Assembly (NCBI GenBank): GCA_963719075.1
Contig: CAVRAN010000001.1
Span: 320,324-384,323, forward strand
Origin: an uncultured Verrucomicrobiae bacterium
Lineage (GTDB): Bacteria > Verrucomicrobiota > Verrucomicrobiia > Limisphaerales > UBA11358
Direction of reading: 5' to 3'
DNA: 64,000 nt
Shown here: piece by piece, positions 45,658 to 55,295 of the stretch
Numbering within the stretch: position 1 is the stretch's first letter
How the letters are laid out: every line of letters starts with the position of its first letter
Position numbers and translations under genes: made by a program
Notes under the pieces: model-generated
Told to the model about the DNA's origin: nothing
What the model saw: the letters and a program-made list of their open reading frames with translations, nothing else
The model's database searches: none

Positions 45658-47100
45658 TCACAAGTAAGGTGAAAATAATCGTGCCGTGGCGTCGCGCAAT
45701 TTTGTCGGTAACGACCGGCCATCCACTTCGGCCAAAGTCACTTCCCGTGCAGTGGAAATTTTTTCCTCGATGACCATTCCCATTTCCCGCGCACATTCGC
45801 GCCCGTAACACTCGACATTCAACTCAAAGTTTAGCCGCAGACTTCGCGCGTCCCAGTTGGCCGAGCCGAGTAAAACCCAGTGACCGTCCACGATCATCAG
45901 CTTCGAGTGGTCGAACGGCGGCGGCGTAAGCCAGATGTGGCAGCCGCGTTCCAATACCTGCCACCACATCGCGCGCGATGCCCAATGCACGAATGGCAGA
46001 TTATTTTTCGCAGGCAAAATAATGTCCACGCGCACACCGCGCAACGCGGCGAGATTGAGCGCAGTGACAATCGCATTGTCCGGCAAAAAATACGGGGTTA
46101 AGATTTTTACAGAAGTCTGCGCCTCGGCGAGCGCGACGAGCAGCGTCAATCGTAATTTATCGTAATCGGCGTCCGGCCCGTCGGTGATGACCCGTGAAAT
46201 GACATCGCCGGATTCCTTCGCTTCGGGAAACCAGATTTTGCCATCGAGAATTTCGCTTGTGGCAAAAGTCCAATCGTTTGCAAACGCCTCCTGCAGTTTT
46301 GTCACCAGTGGACCTTCAATACAAAAGTGCAAATCTTGAACAGGATTTTTTGGCCTGTCAGCGAGCACGTTACCGTGCCGGATGTTCATGCCGCCGGTGA
46401 ATGCGGTCTGGCCGTCAACGACGAGGATTTTTCGATGGTTGCGAAGGTTGATGGTCGCCACGCGCCATGGTGTGAAAATGGACGCGGGCAAAAATTTTGC
46501 GAACGGAATCTGCGCGTGCCGCAATTTGTAAGTGATGGGCGGCCACGAGTAGCGTGTGCCAGCAGCGTCAATCAAGACGCGCACTTCGATGCGGCGTTCG
46601 ACCGCGGCTTTGAGTGCAGTGACAAATTTTTCCCCGCTTTTATCGTTGTCAAAAATGTAAGTTGTGAGCGAAATCGTCGTTTTTGCGGCTTCAATCGCGG
46701 CAAGCATTGCGGGAAATGCTTCGTCGCCATTGACGAGCGGCTGGATTTTATTTCCAGGCGTAAGTGGTTGTGCGACGACGCGACCGACGACGCGCGCGAG
46801 CATTTTCAGATGTTCCGCGCCGGCGGCTTGAGGTTCCCCAAGATTTTCGGGAATCGGTCGGCTGAAAGTTTTATGAACACCGAGTTGGATGGCTCGCCGG
46901 CGGATCCGGTTGACGCCCAGCGAAAGATAAAGAATTGGGCCGAACAAAGGCATGAGCCAGACGATGCCAATCCAGATGGTCGCGGCGCGCACATCGCGTT
47001 TGTGGAGCAGGGCATGAATCGAGGCAAACAGCGCGGCCAGAAAATCAAAGCCCGCAGCCAAGTGCGGCCAGAACTGGGAAAGTTGGTCAAGCCAGTTCAT
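45658..47100 (-). CDS. cls: cardiolipin synthase (PLD superfamily)
   Basis: Two HKD motifs: HRKILVVDGQTAFTGGMN and HSKLMIVDGHWVLLGSANWD. N-terminal TM helices. Confidence 0.92.
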   Translation of the reverse strand: MNWLDQLSQFWPHLAAGFDFLAALFASIHALLHKRDVRAATIWIGIVWLMPLFGPILYLSLGVNRIRRRAIQLGVHKTFSRPIPENLGEPQAAGAEHLKMLARVVGRVVAQPLTPGNKIQPLVNGDEAFPAMLAAIEAAKTTISLTTYIFDNDKSGEKFVTALKAAVERRIEVRVLIDAAGTRYSWPPITYKLRHAQIPFAKFLPASIFTPWRVATINLRNHRKILVVDGQTAFTGGMNIRHGNVLADRPKNPVQDLHFCIEGPLVTKLQEAFANDWTFATSEILDGKIWFPEAKESGDVISRVITDGPDADYDKLRLTLLVALAEAQTSVKILTPYFLPDNAIVTALNLAALRGVRVDIILPAKNNLPFVHWASRAMWWQVLERGCHIWLTPPPFDHSKLMIVDGHWVLLGSANWDARSLRLNFELNVECYGRECAREMGMVIEEKISTAREVTLAEVDGRSLPTKLRDATARLFSPYL

Positions 47101-47161
47101 GCGCGGTTAGTTTCAGCAAAAAATTCGTTGTAAGCAAGTGCGCGGAGAATTTTTGACGAAT

Positions 47162-47236
47162 TGGCGACCCTATCGGGAATCGAACCCGAGCTACCGCCGT
47201 GAAAGGGCAGTGTCCTAACCGCTAGACCATAGGGTC
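47162..47236 (-). tRNA. tRNA-Glu (anticodon UUC), CCA encoded
   Basis: The minus strand reads GACCCUAUGGUCUAGCGGUUAGGACACUGCCCUUUCACGGCGGUAGCUCGGGUUCGAUUCCCGAUAGGGUCGCCA. The acceptor GACCCUA pairs with UAGGGUC, the anticodon loop is CUUUCAC, and it is close to E. coli tRNA-Glu. Confidence 0.93.
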
Positions 47237-47328
47237 GTCGAGTTCACCAATATAATTTTTCGCGGTGCCCTGTCACGCAAATTGTTTGCCTCAACCCGTC
47301 GCTTGCCCTACCTTACGCTGAATTTCGT

Positions 47329-48198
47329 ATGAAAATTTTTATTGACGGCAAATTTTACAGCGAGCGCGACGCGAAAATTTCCGTGTTCGACCACGGGCTG
47401 CTTTACGGCGACGGAATTTTTGAAGGCATCCGCGCCTACAACGGTCGCGTGTTCAAATTGAAGGAACACATTGACCGGCTGTTTTGTTCCGCGAAGGCGA
47501 TTCTGCTGGAAATTCCTTTGTCGCCGGAAAAAATTTCCGCAGCGGTTCTCGAAACCTGTCGCGCCAACAAACTGCGCGACGGTTACATTCGGCTCGTCGT
47601 GACGCGTGGCGTGGGAAATCTTGGACTTAATCCGCGCAATTGCAAAAAACCATCCATCATCATCATCGCGGACAAAATTCAGGTTTATCCGCAGGAACTT
47701 TACGCGCGCGGCATGGAAATTGTCACCGTGCCGACGACGCGCAATTTGCACAGCGCTCTCAATCCAGCCATCAAGTCGCTGAATTATCTCAACAACATCC
47801 TCGCCAAAATCGAAGCGAACAACGCGGGCGTCGAGGAAGCCGTGATGTTAAACGCCGAAGGTTTCGTGGCCGAATGCACGGCGGACAATCTGTTCATCGT
47901 GAAGAACGGCGAGCTGTTCACGCCGCCGCTTTCGGCGGGCGCGCTTTACGGCATCACGCGGCAGACGGTGATCGAACTGGCGCAGGAAGCCGGACTGAAA
48001 GTTTCCGAGCCGAACCTGACGCGCTACGATTTGTTCAACGCGGACGAATGTTTTCTGACCGGCACGGGCGCGGAGCTGATTCCGGTGGTGAAGATTGACG
48101 GGCGCGTCATCGGCAGCGGCAAGCCGGGCGCGCTCACGCGCAAGCTCGTGGCAGATTACCGCGCCTTGACGAAAGTGTCGGGAGAGCCGATTGTTTGA
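47329..48198 (+). CDS. ilvE: branched-chain amino acid aminotransferase (class IV)
   Basis: ISVFDHGLLYGDGIFEGIRAYNGRVFKLKEHIDRL...IKSLNYLNNILAK...ECFLTGTGAE. Confidence 0.92.
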   Translation: MKIFIDGKFYSERDAKISVFDHGLLYGDGIFEGIRAYNGRVFKLKEHIDRLFCSAKAILLEIPLSPEKISAAVLETCRANKLRDGYIRLVVTRGVGNLGLNPRNCKKPSIIIIADKIQVYPQELYARGMEIVTVPTTRNLHSALNPAIKSLNYLNNILAKIEANNAGVEEAVMLNAEGFVAECTADNLFIVKNGELFTPPLSAGALYGITRQTVIELAQEAGLKVSEPNLTRYDLFNADECFLTGTGAELIPVVKIDGRVIGSGKPGALTRKLVADYRALTKVSGEPIV

Positions 48199-48203
48199 GG
48201 CGT

Positions 48204-48234
48204 GAATTGTTAAATCGTTGAATTGTTGAATCGG
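48204..48234. repeat. left inverted repeat bracketing the AT-rich cassette
   Basis: GAATTGTTAAATCGTTGAATTGTTGAATCGG. A 19-nt core, GTTAAATCGTTGAATTGTT, is perfectly inverted at 48651-48682. Confidence 0.85.
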
Positions 48235-48269
48235 AAATTGCAAACGTGGATAAAACTGTGCGAACAATT

Positions 48270-48658
48270 ATGAAAACAAAACTAATCCAACGGTTGATTC
48301 AACTTGCTGCGATTGTCTTTTTGGTATGGCTGGTGGTGCGTGGTGTTCGACATTCGGATTTTGATTTGTTAATTATGTGTGGAATTGTCGGAGCGATTGT
48401 TTTTGCTGACTGGTTAATTGTAAAAAAATTCCGCAAACTGCCGCGCGTTGTCGTGTTTTCAAAAAATTGGTGTGGATTTTTATTTCACTCTCAATTCTTT
48501 TTGTAGCTTTGAGTTTTATCAATTTCGATGTTTCGATTTCAAAAGCATTTTTATTAACGCTCAATTTTATTTTTGTAATGTTATGTTTGACTTATATGAA
48601 GCAGCAAAGATTGGCGAGCCAGTTAGTTGAGGAACAAAAGAACGCCGCGACGATTTAA
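48270..48658 (+). pseudogene. small multi-TM membrane protein split into two frames at an A-run (frameshifted, phase-variable or recoded)
   Basis: ORF1 (MKTKLIQRLIQLAAIVFLVWLVV...) and ORF2 (LVWIFISLSILFVALSF...) are both hydrophobic and overlap. One extra A in the A6 run at 48461-48466 would fuse them into about 130 aa. The region is clearly AT-richer than its flanks. Confidence 0.5.
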
Positions 48659-48682
48659 CAATTCAACGATTTAACGAATCAC
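48651..48682. repeat. right inverted repeat bracketing the AT-rich cassette
   Basis: CGATTTAACAATTCAACGATTTAACGAATCAC, which is the reverse complement of the left repeat apart from a few mismatches. Confidence 0.85.
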
Positions 48683-48693
48683 ATTTTTCAAAA

Positions 48694-49206
48694 ATGCAGT
48701 GTTCCATTTGCAAAGAAAAACCGGCCACGGTGCATCTGACCCAGATCGTGGGCGACAAGATGCAGAAGCTGGATTTGTGCGAGGATTGCGCCAAGACCAA
48801 GGGCGTCAATGACCCGTCGGGCTTCGCGTTGGCGGACATCATGCTCGGCCTCGGCGCAGCGCAGGAAGTCGAGCAAGCCGTCGGCACGGATCTGAAATGC
48901 CCGCGCTGCGGTTTTTCGCAGGCGGATTTCAAGAAGTCCGGCCGGCTCGGCTGCCCGGAATGTTACAAGACGTTCGCTGAAGGTCTGGGCGGCCTGCTCA
49001 AGACGATGCACAAAGGCACGCGGCACACCGGCAAGTCGCCGGAGGCATTGCGCGTATCGCGGGAAAATTCCGACCGGCTCAAGACGTTGCAGAAAAAACT
49101 GAACAAGGCGATTGAATCGGAAAATTTCGAAGAAGCGGCGCAGTTGCGTGATGAACTGAAAAAAATCAACGAGCGTCCGGCGACGCCGACAAATCTGACG
49201 CGATGA
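48694..49206 (+). CDS. mcsA: protein-arginine kinase activator McsA (UvrB/UvrC motif protein)
   Basis: MQCSICKEKPATVHLTQIV....KLDLCEDCA, CPRCG....F.KSGRLGCPECYKTF, and a C-terminal UVR motif, EEAAQLRDELKKI. Confidence 0.85.
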   Translation: MQCSICKEKPATVHLTQIVGDKMQKLDLCEDCAKTKGVNDPSGFALADIMLGLGAAQEVEQAVGTDLKCPRCGFSQADFKKSGRLGCPECYKTFAEGLGGLLKTMHKGTRHTGKSPEALRVSRENSDRLKTLQKKLNKAIESENFEEAAQLRDELKKINERPATPTNLTR

Positions 49207-50297
49207 AAGATCTGCACGAATTTCTGGTTTCTTCCGCCGAGACCGCGCGTCGTCACGGGCCGCACGACCGCATCGTCATGTCGAGCCGCGTGCGGCTGGC
49301 GCGCAATCTGAAGGACGCGGCGTTTCCCGGCTGGGCGAAAAAACCGGAGCGCGTGAAAATTTTAGAGACCATCCGTCCCGCCGTCGAAAGTCTGCCGGAG
49401 ATGCGCGATTCTTTTTCCGAGGCGATGGACAATCTCGGCGCGCTCGACAAACAGATTTTGGTCGAGCGCCATCTCATCAGCCGCGAGCACGCCGCAAAAA
49501 GTTCGGGCAGCGGCCTCGTCTTGAACCGCGAGGAAACTTTTTCCGTGATGATAAACGAAGAAGATCATCTGCGGATGCAGGCATTGCGTCCCGGATTGCA
49601 ATTGAAACAGGCATGGAGCGCGATCGATCATCTGGATTCTGAACTGGAAAAAAAACTGGATTACGCTTTCGATGGCGACCTCGGCTATTTGACCGCTTGC
49701 CCGACGAATCTCGGCACGGGCATCCGCGTCAGCGCGATGTTGCATCTGCCCGGACTCGTTCTCGGCGAGCAGATCAATCCCATCATCCAATCCGTCAACA
49801 AGCTCGGCCTCGCCGTGCGCGGACTTTACGGCGAAGGCACCGAGGCGCTTGGCAATGTTTTTCAGGTATCGAACCAAATGACGCTGGGCGAGAACGAAAC
49901 GATGATTGTCGAGCGGCTGGAAAAAGTTTTGTCACAGATCATCGAGCACGAGGAAAACGCGCGAAAAAAACTTTTGGAAGATAAACCGAAGACGGTTTTC
50001 AACCACATCGGGCGCGCCTACGGAATTCTGGCGAACGCGCACAGCATTTCGTCGAAGGAGACGATGAACCTGCTCTCGCTCATGCGGCTGGGCGTGGACA
50101 TGGGATTGTTTCCGGGCGCGGAACGGTCGCTGGTGGACGAGCTGTTTTTGACGACGCAGCCGGCGCATTTGCAGAAAAAAATCTCGGACAAACTGTCCGC
50201 CGAGGAACGCGATTTGATCCGCGCCGACATGGTGCGCGAACGATTGAAGAACGTGAGCCGGCCAATTGTCAAGCCGCCGAACAACACGGGGAATTAA
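49203..50297 (+). CDS. mcsB: protein arginine kinase McsB (ATP:guanido phosphotransferase)
   Basis: IVMSSRVRLARNL....F, VMINEEDHLRMQ, CPTNLGTGIRVSAMLHLPGL, GLYGEG. Its start overlaps the mcsA stop. Confidence 0.88.
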   Translation: MKDLHEFLVSSAETARRHGPHDRIVMSSRVRLARNLKDAAFPGWAKKPERVKILETIRPAVESLPEMRDSFSEAMDNLGALDKQILVERHLISREHAAKSSGSGLVLNREETFSVMINEEDHLRMQALRPGLQLKQAWSAIDHLDSELEKKLDYAFDGDLGYLTACPTNLGTGIRVSAMLHLPGLVLGEQINPIIQSVNKLGLAVRGLYGEGTEALGNVFQVSNQMTLGENETMIVERLEKVLSQIIEHEENARKKLLEDKPKTVFNHIGRAYGILANAHSISSKETMNLLSLMRLGVDMGLFPGAERSLVDELFLTTQPAHLQKKISDKLSAEERDLIRADMVRERLKNVSRPIVKPPNNTGN

Positions 50298-50333
50298 AAA
50301 ATTCTATCGAGCGTATTTTCTTTTGAAAGTGGT

Positions 50334-52874
50334 TCAACCAAACAAATCCATCTGCGGCGGCGGAGCGAGATTTTGCAGTTTGCCGCGCTGGCGGGTTTGC
50401 GGGCGCACATTGCCTTCCGGCGTGAGTTCGGATTCTTCGAGATTGCCCAAAATCTCTTTCGCACGTTCCAAGACTTCTTTTGGAACTCCGGCCAATCGCG
50501 CCACTTGGATGCCGTAACTTTTGTCCGTGCCGCCTTCGACGATTTTTCGCAGAAAAACGATCTGCTCGCGCCACTCGCGCACGGCGACGTTGAAATTTTT
50601 CAACCGCGGCAATCGCGCCGCGAGTTCCGTCAACTCGTGATAATGCGTGGCGAACAACGTTTTTGCGCCGACGGCATTGTGCAAATGTTCAACGATGCTC
50701 CATGCGAGGCTCAGGCCGTCGAACGTGCTGGTGCCGCGGCCGATTTCGTCCAGCACAATCAAGCTGCGCGGCGTGGCGTTGTTCAGAATGTTGGCCGTCT
50801 CGCACATTTCAACCATGAATGTGCTTTGGCCGCGCGCCAAATCATCGCTCGCGCCGATGCGCGTAAAAATGCGATCAACGAGATCAATGCGCGCCTCCGC
50901 CGCCGGAACAAAACTGCCCGTGTGTGCGAGCAAAACGATGAGTGCCACCTGCCGGATGTAAGTGGATTTGCCCGCCATGTTCGGCCCGGTGATAAGCGCT
51001 ATTTGCGTTTCGTGATTGAGTTGCGTGTCATTGGGTACGAAACGTTCATCGCTCAAATTTTGTTCCAGCACTGGATGCCGCCCGTCGCGGATTTGTAGCA
51101 CGCCTTCATCGCGGATTTGCGGGCGGCAGTAATTATGCAGCCGCGCAGTTTCAGCAAACGAAGCTAGAACATCAAGTTGCGCGAGCACGCCGGCAGTTTG
51201 TTGCATTTCTTTCAACTGGCCGAGAACGGTTTCGCGAACGCGCTGGAAAATTTCGTATTCCAGTTTCACGCTGCGCTCTTCCGCGCCGAGAATTTTGCCC
51301 TCCATTTCCTTCAATTCCGGTGTGATGAAACGCTCGCCATTCGCGATGGTCTGCTTGCGATGATAATGCGCGGGAACTTTGTCGAGATTCGACTTGGTAA
51401 CTTCGATATAATAGCCGAAAACAGAATTGAACCTGACTTTCAGTGACGCTATTCCGGTCGTCTCAATTTCTTGCTGCTGCAATTTTGCGATCCAATCCTT
51501 GCCGCCGCGTTGGGCGGTGCGAAGTTCATCAAGCGCGGAGTCAAATCCGTCGCGGATCATGCCGCCTTCTTTGATCGGCAGCGGCGGCTCATCCACGATG
51601 GCGCGCGAAATCAAATCCACCAATTCGGGCAATTCGGAAAGTTCAGAATTTAATTTTGTGACGAGTGAAAATTCATTTTGAGTTTCCCCCTTAAGCAGCG
51701 ACGAATTGGAATTTGATTTTTCTAATTGCAAAAGAATCTGTTTCAACGCGGGAATTTGTTCGAGCGCCAGTCGCAGCGCGGCCAAATCGCGCGCGTTGCC
51801 GCTGCCAGAACTCAAGCGACCGAGCGTGCGTTCGAGGTCGCGCACGTTCGTAAGCTGCTGGCGAAACGCGTCAAGACCAAAAGAATTTTCAATGAACGTT
51901 TGCACGGCGTCCTGTCGTCGGCGAATTGGTTCAACAGTCGAGAGAGGTTGCGAAAGCCAGTTGCGCAACAAACGCGCGCCCATTGGCGTCACGGTTTTGT
52001 TGAGCGCGCCGTAAAGCGAGGCGTTGCGCGGAGCGTCATGGTGCTGCGACTCGAGAATTTCCAGATGCCGCAGCGTCGTGTAATCAAGCGTGAGAAAATC
52101 GTTGCGGTGATAAAATGAAAGACGCGTGAGATTTTTGACGTTGCGACGCAAATGCTGCGTCAAATAATGCAGCGCGCCGCCGCACGCGCCGATTGCGGCG
52201 GATTTTTCTTTCAGGCCAAAACCGTCAAGCGACGCGACTTTGAAATGGTCGCGCACGGTGAATACGGCCGTTTCCGGCGCAAAAACCCAGTCGTCGTGGC
52301 CGTTCAAAATTTTGAATGAATTTCGCAACGCATCGCGAATGGAAATTTTTTCGGCGGGAAAGATAATTTCCGCCGGGCGCAGACGTTCGAGTTCTGCGAG
52401 CAACGCAATTTCACTTTCGACTTCGGTCGTGATGAAATCGCCAGTCGTCAAATCCACAAACGCGAGGCCGAATTTTTTTCCCGACGGATAAATGGACGCC
52501 AAAAAATTATTTTGTTCCGCGGCGAGCAGCCGTTCATCAAAATGCGTGCCCGGCGAAAGAATCTGCGTGACCTCGCGTTTGACAAGTTGGCCGGGACGCG
52601 CGTCCTCGAGCTGCTCGCAAATGGCGACCTTGCATCCGGCGCGTAAAATTTTTCCGATATAACCGTTCGCAGCGTGAAACGGCAACCCGCACATCGGCAC
52701 GCCGTGGCGCGCGGTCAAAGCGAGGTTTAAAATTTGCGCACCGACCTGCGCGTCCTCAAAAAACATTTCGTAAAAATCGCCGAGCCGGAACAGCAAAAGC
52801 GCGTCCTTGGGCAGTTCGCCTTTAATGCGGCGATACTGCGCCATCATGGGAGTGAGTTGCGTTTCAGCGGACAT
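50334..52874 (-). CDS. mutS: DNA mismatch repair protein MutS
   Basis: TPMMAQYRRIKGE..DALLLFRLGDFYEMFFEDA, ITGPNMAGKSTYIRQ (Walker A), LIVLDEIGRGTSTFDGLSLA. Confidence 0.97.
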   Translation of the reverse strand: MSAETQLTPMMAQYRRIKGELPKDALLLFRLGDFYEMFFEDAQVGAQILNLALTARHGVPMCGLPFHAANGYIGKILRAGCKVAICEQLEDARPGQLVKREVTQILSPGTHFDERLLAAEQNNFLASIYPSGKKFGLAFVDLTTGDFITTEVESEIALLAELERLRPAEIIFPAEKISIRDALRNSFKILNGHDDWVFAPETAVFTVRDHFKVASLDGFGLKEKSAAIGACGGALHYLTQHLRRNVKNLTRLSFYHRNDFLTLDYTTLRHLEILESQHHDAPRNASLYGALNKTVTPMGARLLRNWLSQPLSTVEPIRRRQDAVQTFIENSFGLDAFRQQLTNVRDLERTLGRLSSGSGNARDLAALRLALEQIPALKQILLQLEKSNSNSSLLKGETQNEFSLVTKLNSELSELPELVDLISRAIVDEPPLPIKEGGMIRDGFDSALDELRTAQRGGKDWIAKLQQQEIETTGIASLKVRFNSVFGYYIEVTKSNLDKVPAHYHRKQTIANGERFITPELKEMEGKILGAEERSVKLEYEIFQRVRETVLGQLKEMQQTAGVLAQLDVLASFAETARLHNYCRPQIRDEGVLQIRDGRHPVLEQNLSDERFVPNDTQLNHETQIALITGPNMAGKSTYIRQVALIVLLAHTGSFVPAAEARIDLVDRIFTRIGASDDLARGQSTFMVEMCETANILNNATPRSLIVLDEIGRGTSTFDGLSLAWSIVEHLHNAVGAKTLFATHYHELTELAARLPRLKNFNVAVREWREQIVFLRKIVEGGTDKSYGIQVARLAGVPKEVLERAKEILGNLEESELTPEGNVRPQTRQRGKLQNLAPPPQMDLFG

Positions 52875-52942
52875 GCGGCGGGAAAGTTACGCGGGAAATT
52901 TCACAAGGTCGAAACGAAATTGCTCACAGACGACTGTTAAAA

Positions 52943-53854
52943 TCACCGCACGTCCGGTTCAATGTGAAGTTCGCCCGCGCGTTCAAGGCGCAGCAGTTCC
53001 GCGCTGTAACCCTTGCGAAAATTCGGATATTTGAACTGATAACCGAGTTCCATTTTCAGTTTACGGTTGGAAACGCGCTTGTTAGTCGCGCCGCGTTTCC
53101 GGTTTTCACCGGAGCTTTCCGGTTCGGACGGCGGAGGATATTTGCCAATTGATCCTGCGAGCCACTGGAAAAAATTTATTTGTGTGACCGGCTCATCGTC
53201 CACGGCGTTATAAATTTCCCCCGCGCGACCGTTTTTTAACGTGGCGATGATGCAGCCAATTACATCGTCGCGGTGAATCATATTTAGAAAACGCGCGCCG
53301 TCGCCTTCGATGCGCGCTTCGTTTTTCAGAAATTGTTTGAACGCATATCCGCGATCCGGCCCGTAAATTCCGGCCACGCGCAAAATCATGGCCGGAATTT
53401 TTTTCCGCAGGGCGGCTGCAATCAAAAGTTTTTCCGTTTCGAGCAAGATTTTCGACGTTTCCGCCGTCGGTTCGGTTGGGCTTGATTCCCTAATTTGCGA
53501 GCCGTCGTTCTGCGCGTAAACACTGGTGCTGCTCGTATAAAGAAATTTCTTGGGCGGTGAACCGGAAAGCCATTCGACTATATTTTTTGTGCCTTCAAAA
53601 TAAGTTCGCCGATAGTTTTCCGCGCCGCCGCCGCTGGTTGCAATACAATTCACGACCCAATCAAAATCGTGCGGCAATTTTTCCAATTCACCCGGCTTCG
53701 TCACGTCGCCAATAAGCGGCTGGATTCCGGCGGTTTTCAATTCGTTTTGCGCCGCCGGATTGCGCCGCAAGCCGGAAACTTCGTGGCCGAGACGGATGAG
53801 TTCCGCGCCAAGCGGCAAACCGACGTAACCGCAGCCGACAATCAACACGCGCAT
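52943..53854 (-). CDS. NAD(P)-dependent epimerase/dehydratase (SDR family)
   Basis: MRVLIVGCGYVGLPLGAEL, a Rossmann GxGxxG motif. 303 aa. Confidence 0.8.
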   Translation of the reverse strand: MRVLIVGCGYVGLPLGAELIRLGHEVSGLRRNPAAQNELKTAGIQPLIGDVTKPGELEKLPHDFDWVVNCIATSGGGAENYRRTYFEGTKNIVEWLSGSPPKKFLYTSSTSVYAQNDGSQIRESSPTEPTAETSKILLETEKLLIAAALRKKIPAMILRVAGIYGPDRGYAFKQFLKNEARIEGDGARFLNMIHRDDVIGCIIATLKNGRAGEIYNAVDDEPVTQINFFQWLAGSIGKYPPPSEPESSGENRKRGATNKRVSNRKLKMELGYQFKYPNFRKGYSAELLRLERAGELHIEPDVR

Positions 53855-53891
53855 GTCGGAATGATAGACCTTTGCGTGGTGTGGCGCACGG

Positions 53892-54830
53892 TCAATCCAT
53901 CACCGCCGCGAAGCGCAGACCGCGCGTGCTGACGCGAAGTTGCTTGAAACCGAATTCTTCCATGACCGTTTCATAAATCACAACGCCCGTGAGAATAACG
54001 TCCGCACGTAATTTTGGCAGTCCGGGGATTTCCTTGCGCTCGGCCAGTGGCAGGCTCCATAAATTCTTCCGGTGCGTTGTGATCTGTTCCAAACTCAAAC
54101 GCGTCGCTTCGATGCGCTCGCGGTCAAAGCGATCCAGTTTTTTTTCCATGCGCGCGAGAATGCTCGTCGTGCCGCCCGTGCCGACGAGCTGGATTTCTCC
54201 GGAACGATTTTCGCGGCGCAGGGCAGGTTCAAGTCTCGGGCGGACTTCATTTTGCAGAAAAATTTTCAGCCAGTCGCGGCATGCGGTGAATTCACCGCGC
54301 GTGGGCGGATCACTGTGCGGAAATTTCTCGAGCAAACGCACCGTGCCGAGCGGAAAACTTTGGGCAAAATGTTTTTGTTCGCCCCGCCCCAAAATGAATT
54401 CCGTGCTACCGCCGCCAACGTCAAGCAGAAACAACGGCTGCTTCGCCAGTTCAACATCAGTCGTCACGCCCTGAAACACCCACTCCGCTTCACGTTCACC
54501 GGAAATGATTTCGACTTTCAGGCCGGAAGCACTTCGGATGGCGGAGGTCAGTTCATCCGCGTTAACGGCATCACGCGCGGCACTCGTGGCAATGACGCGG
54601 ATGGACGCGGCGTTGTCTTCACGCGCGATTTTGGCAAATTCTGCGACAGCTTCGGCGGTGCGCGCGATGGCGTCGGGCTGAAGACGGTGCGTGTCGTAAA
54701 AATTTTTGCCGAGGCGCGTCTGCCGGCTGTCTTCGCCGACCGGCTGCACATTGCGCCCGGCCACGTCGGCCACCAACAATTTGATCGAGTTGGTGCCGAC
54801 ATCAATGACGGCGCGGCGAACGGATTCCAT
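53892..54830 (-). CDS. Ppx/GppA family phosphatase
   Basis: AVIDVGTNSIKLLVADV...LLDVGGGSTEF, ASKHA-fold motifs. 312 aa. Confidence 0.88.
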   Translation of the reverse strand: MESVRRAVIDVGTNSIKLLVADVAGRNVQPVGEDSRQTRLGKNFYDTHRLQPDAIARTAEAVAEFAKIAREDNAASIRVIATSAARDAVNADELTSAIRSASGLKVEIISGEREAEWVFQGVTTDVELAKQPLFLLDVGGGSTEFILGRGEQKHFAQSFPLGTVRLLEKFPHSDPPTRGEFTACRDWLKIFLQNEVRPRLEPALRRENRSGEIQLVGTGGTTSILARMEKKLDRFDRERIEATRLSLEQITTHRKNLWSLPLAERKEIPGLPKLRADVILTGVVIYETVMEEFGFKQLRVSTRGLRFAAVMD

Positions 54831-54900
54831 GAGATGGTCAGGCTATGCAACGCAGTCGCCGAAACCCAAGTGAAAAATTGTTACATTTTGCGCGGCTTGT

Positions 54901-55281
54901 TCATCCGATGCGGAAGGAAATTTTCTGGATCAAATTCTTCCCGAAGCTGTGCTGCAATCGATCGAGAATTTCCTTGCGACGATAGCGGACGATTTCGGAA
55001 AGCCACACGCTGCTGTCCACGTTTACAAACAGCGTGCCTTTGTGCAAATTGGCCGGCTGCGCGTGCGCGGTGACGTTCGGGTCGAGCAGCGAATTCCAAA
55101 CCTTGACGACCTCGGCTTCGCCCTGACGCGTATCAATCCGCAAATCCGTCATCACTTTCGGGAGAACGTCGCCCGCGCGGCGCGCGCGCGCGGCCTGCGC
55201 AATTTCGATCGGCGACAAATCCGCGCCGCGCCACTGGGCGAGCACGCGCTGACGCGGGGATTTTTTTTCCGGGAGCGGCAT
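54901..55281 (-). CDS. DUF721 (DciA-like) protein
   Basis: VWNSLLDPNVTAHAQPANLHKGTLFVNVDSSVWLSEIVRYRRKEILDRL, the typical DUF721 pattern. Confidence 0.7.
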   Translation of the reverse strand: MPLPEKKSPRQRVLAQWRGADLSPIEIAQAARARRAGDVLPKVMTDLRIDTRQGEAEVVKVWNSLLDPNVTAHAQPANLHKGTLFVNVDSSVWLSEIVRYRRKEILDRLQHSFGKNLIQKISFRIG

Positions 55282-55295
55282 TAAAATGGCTTCAC

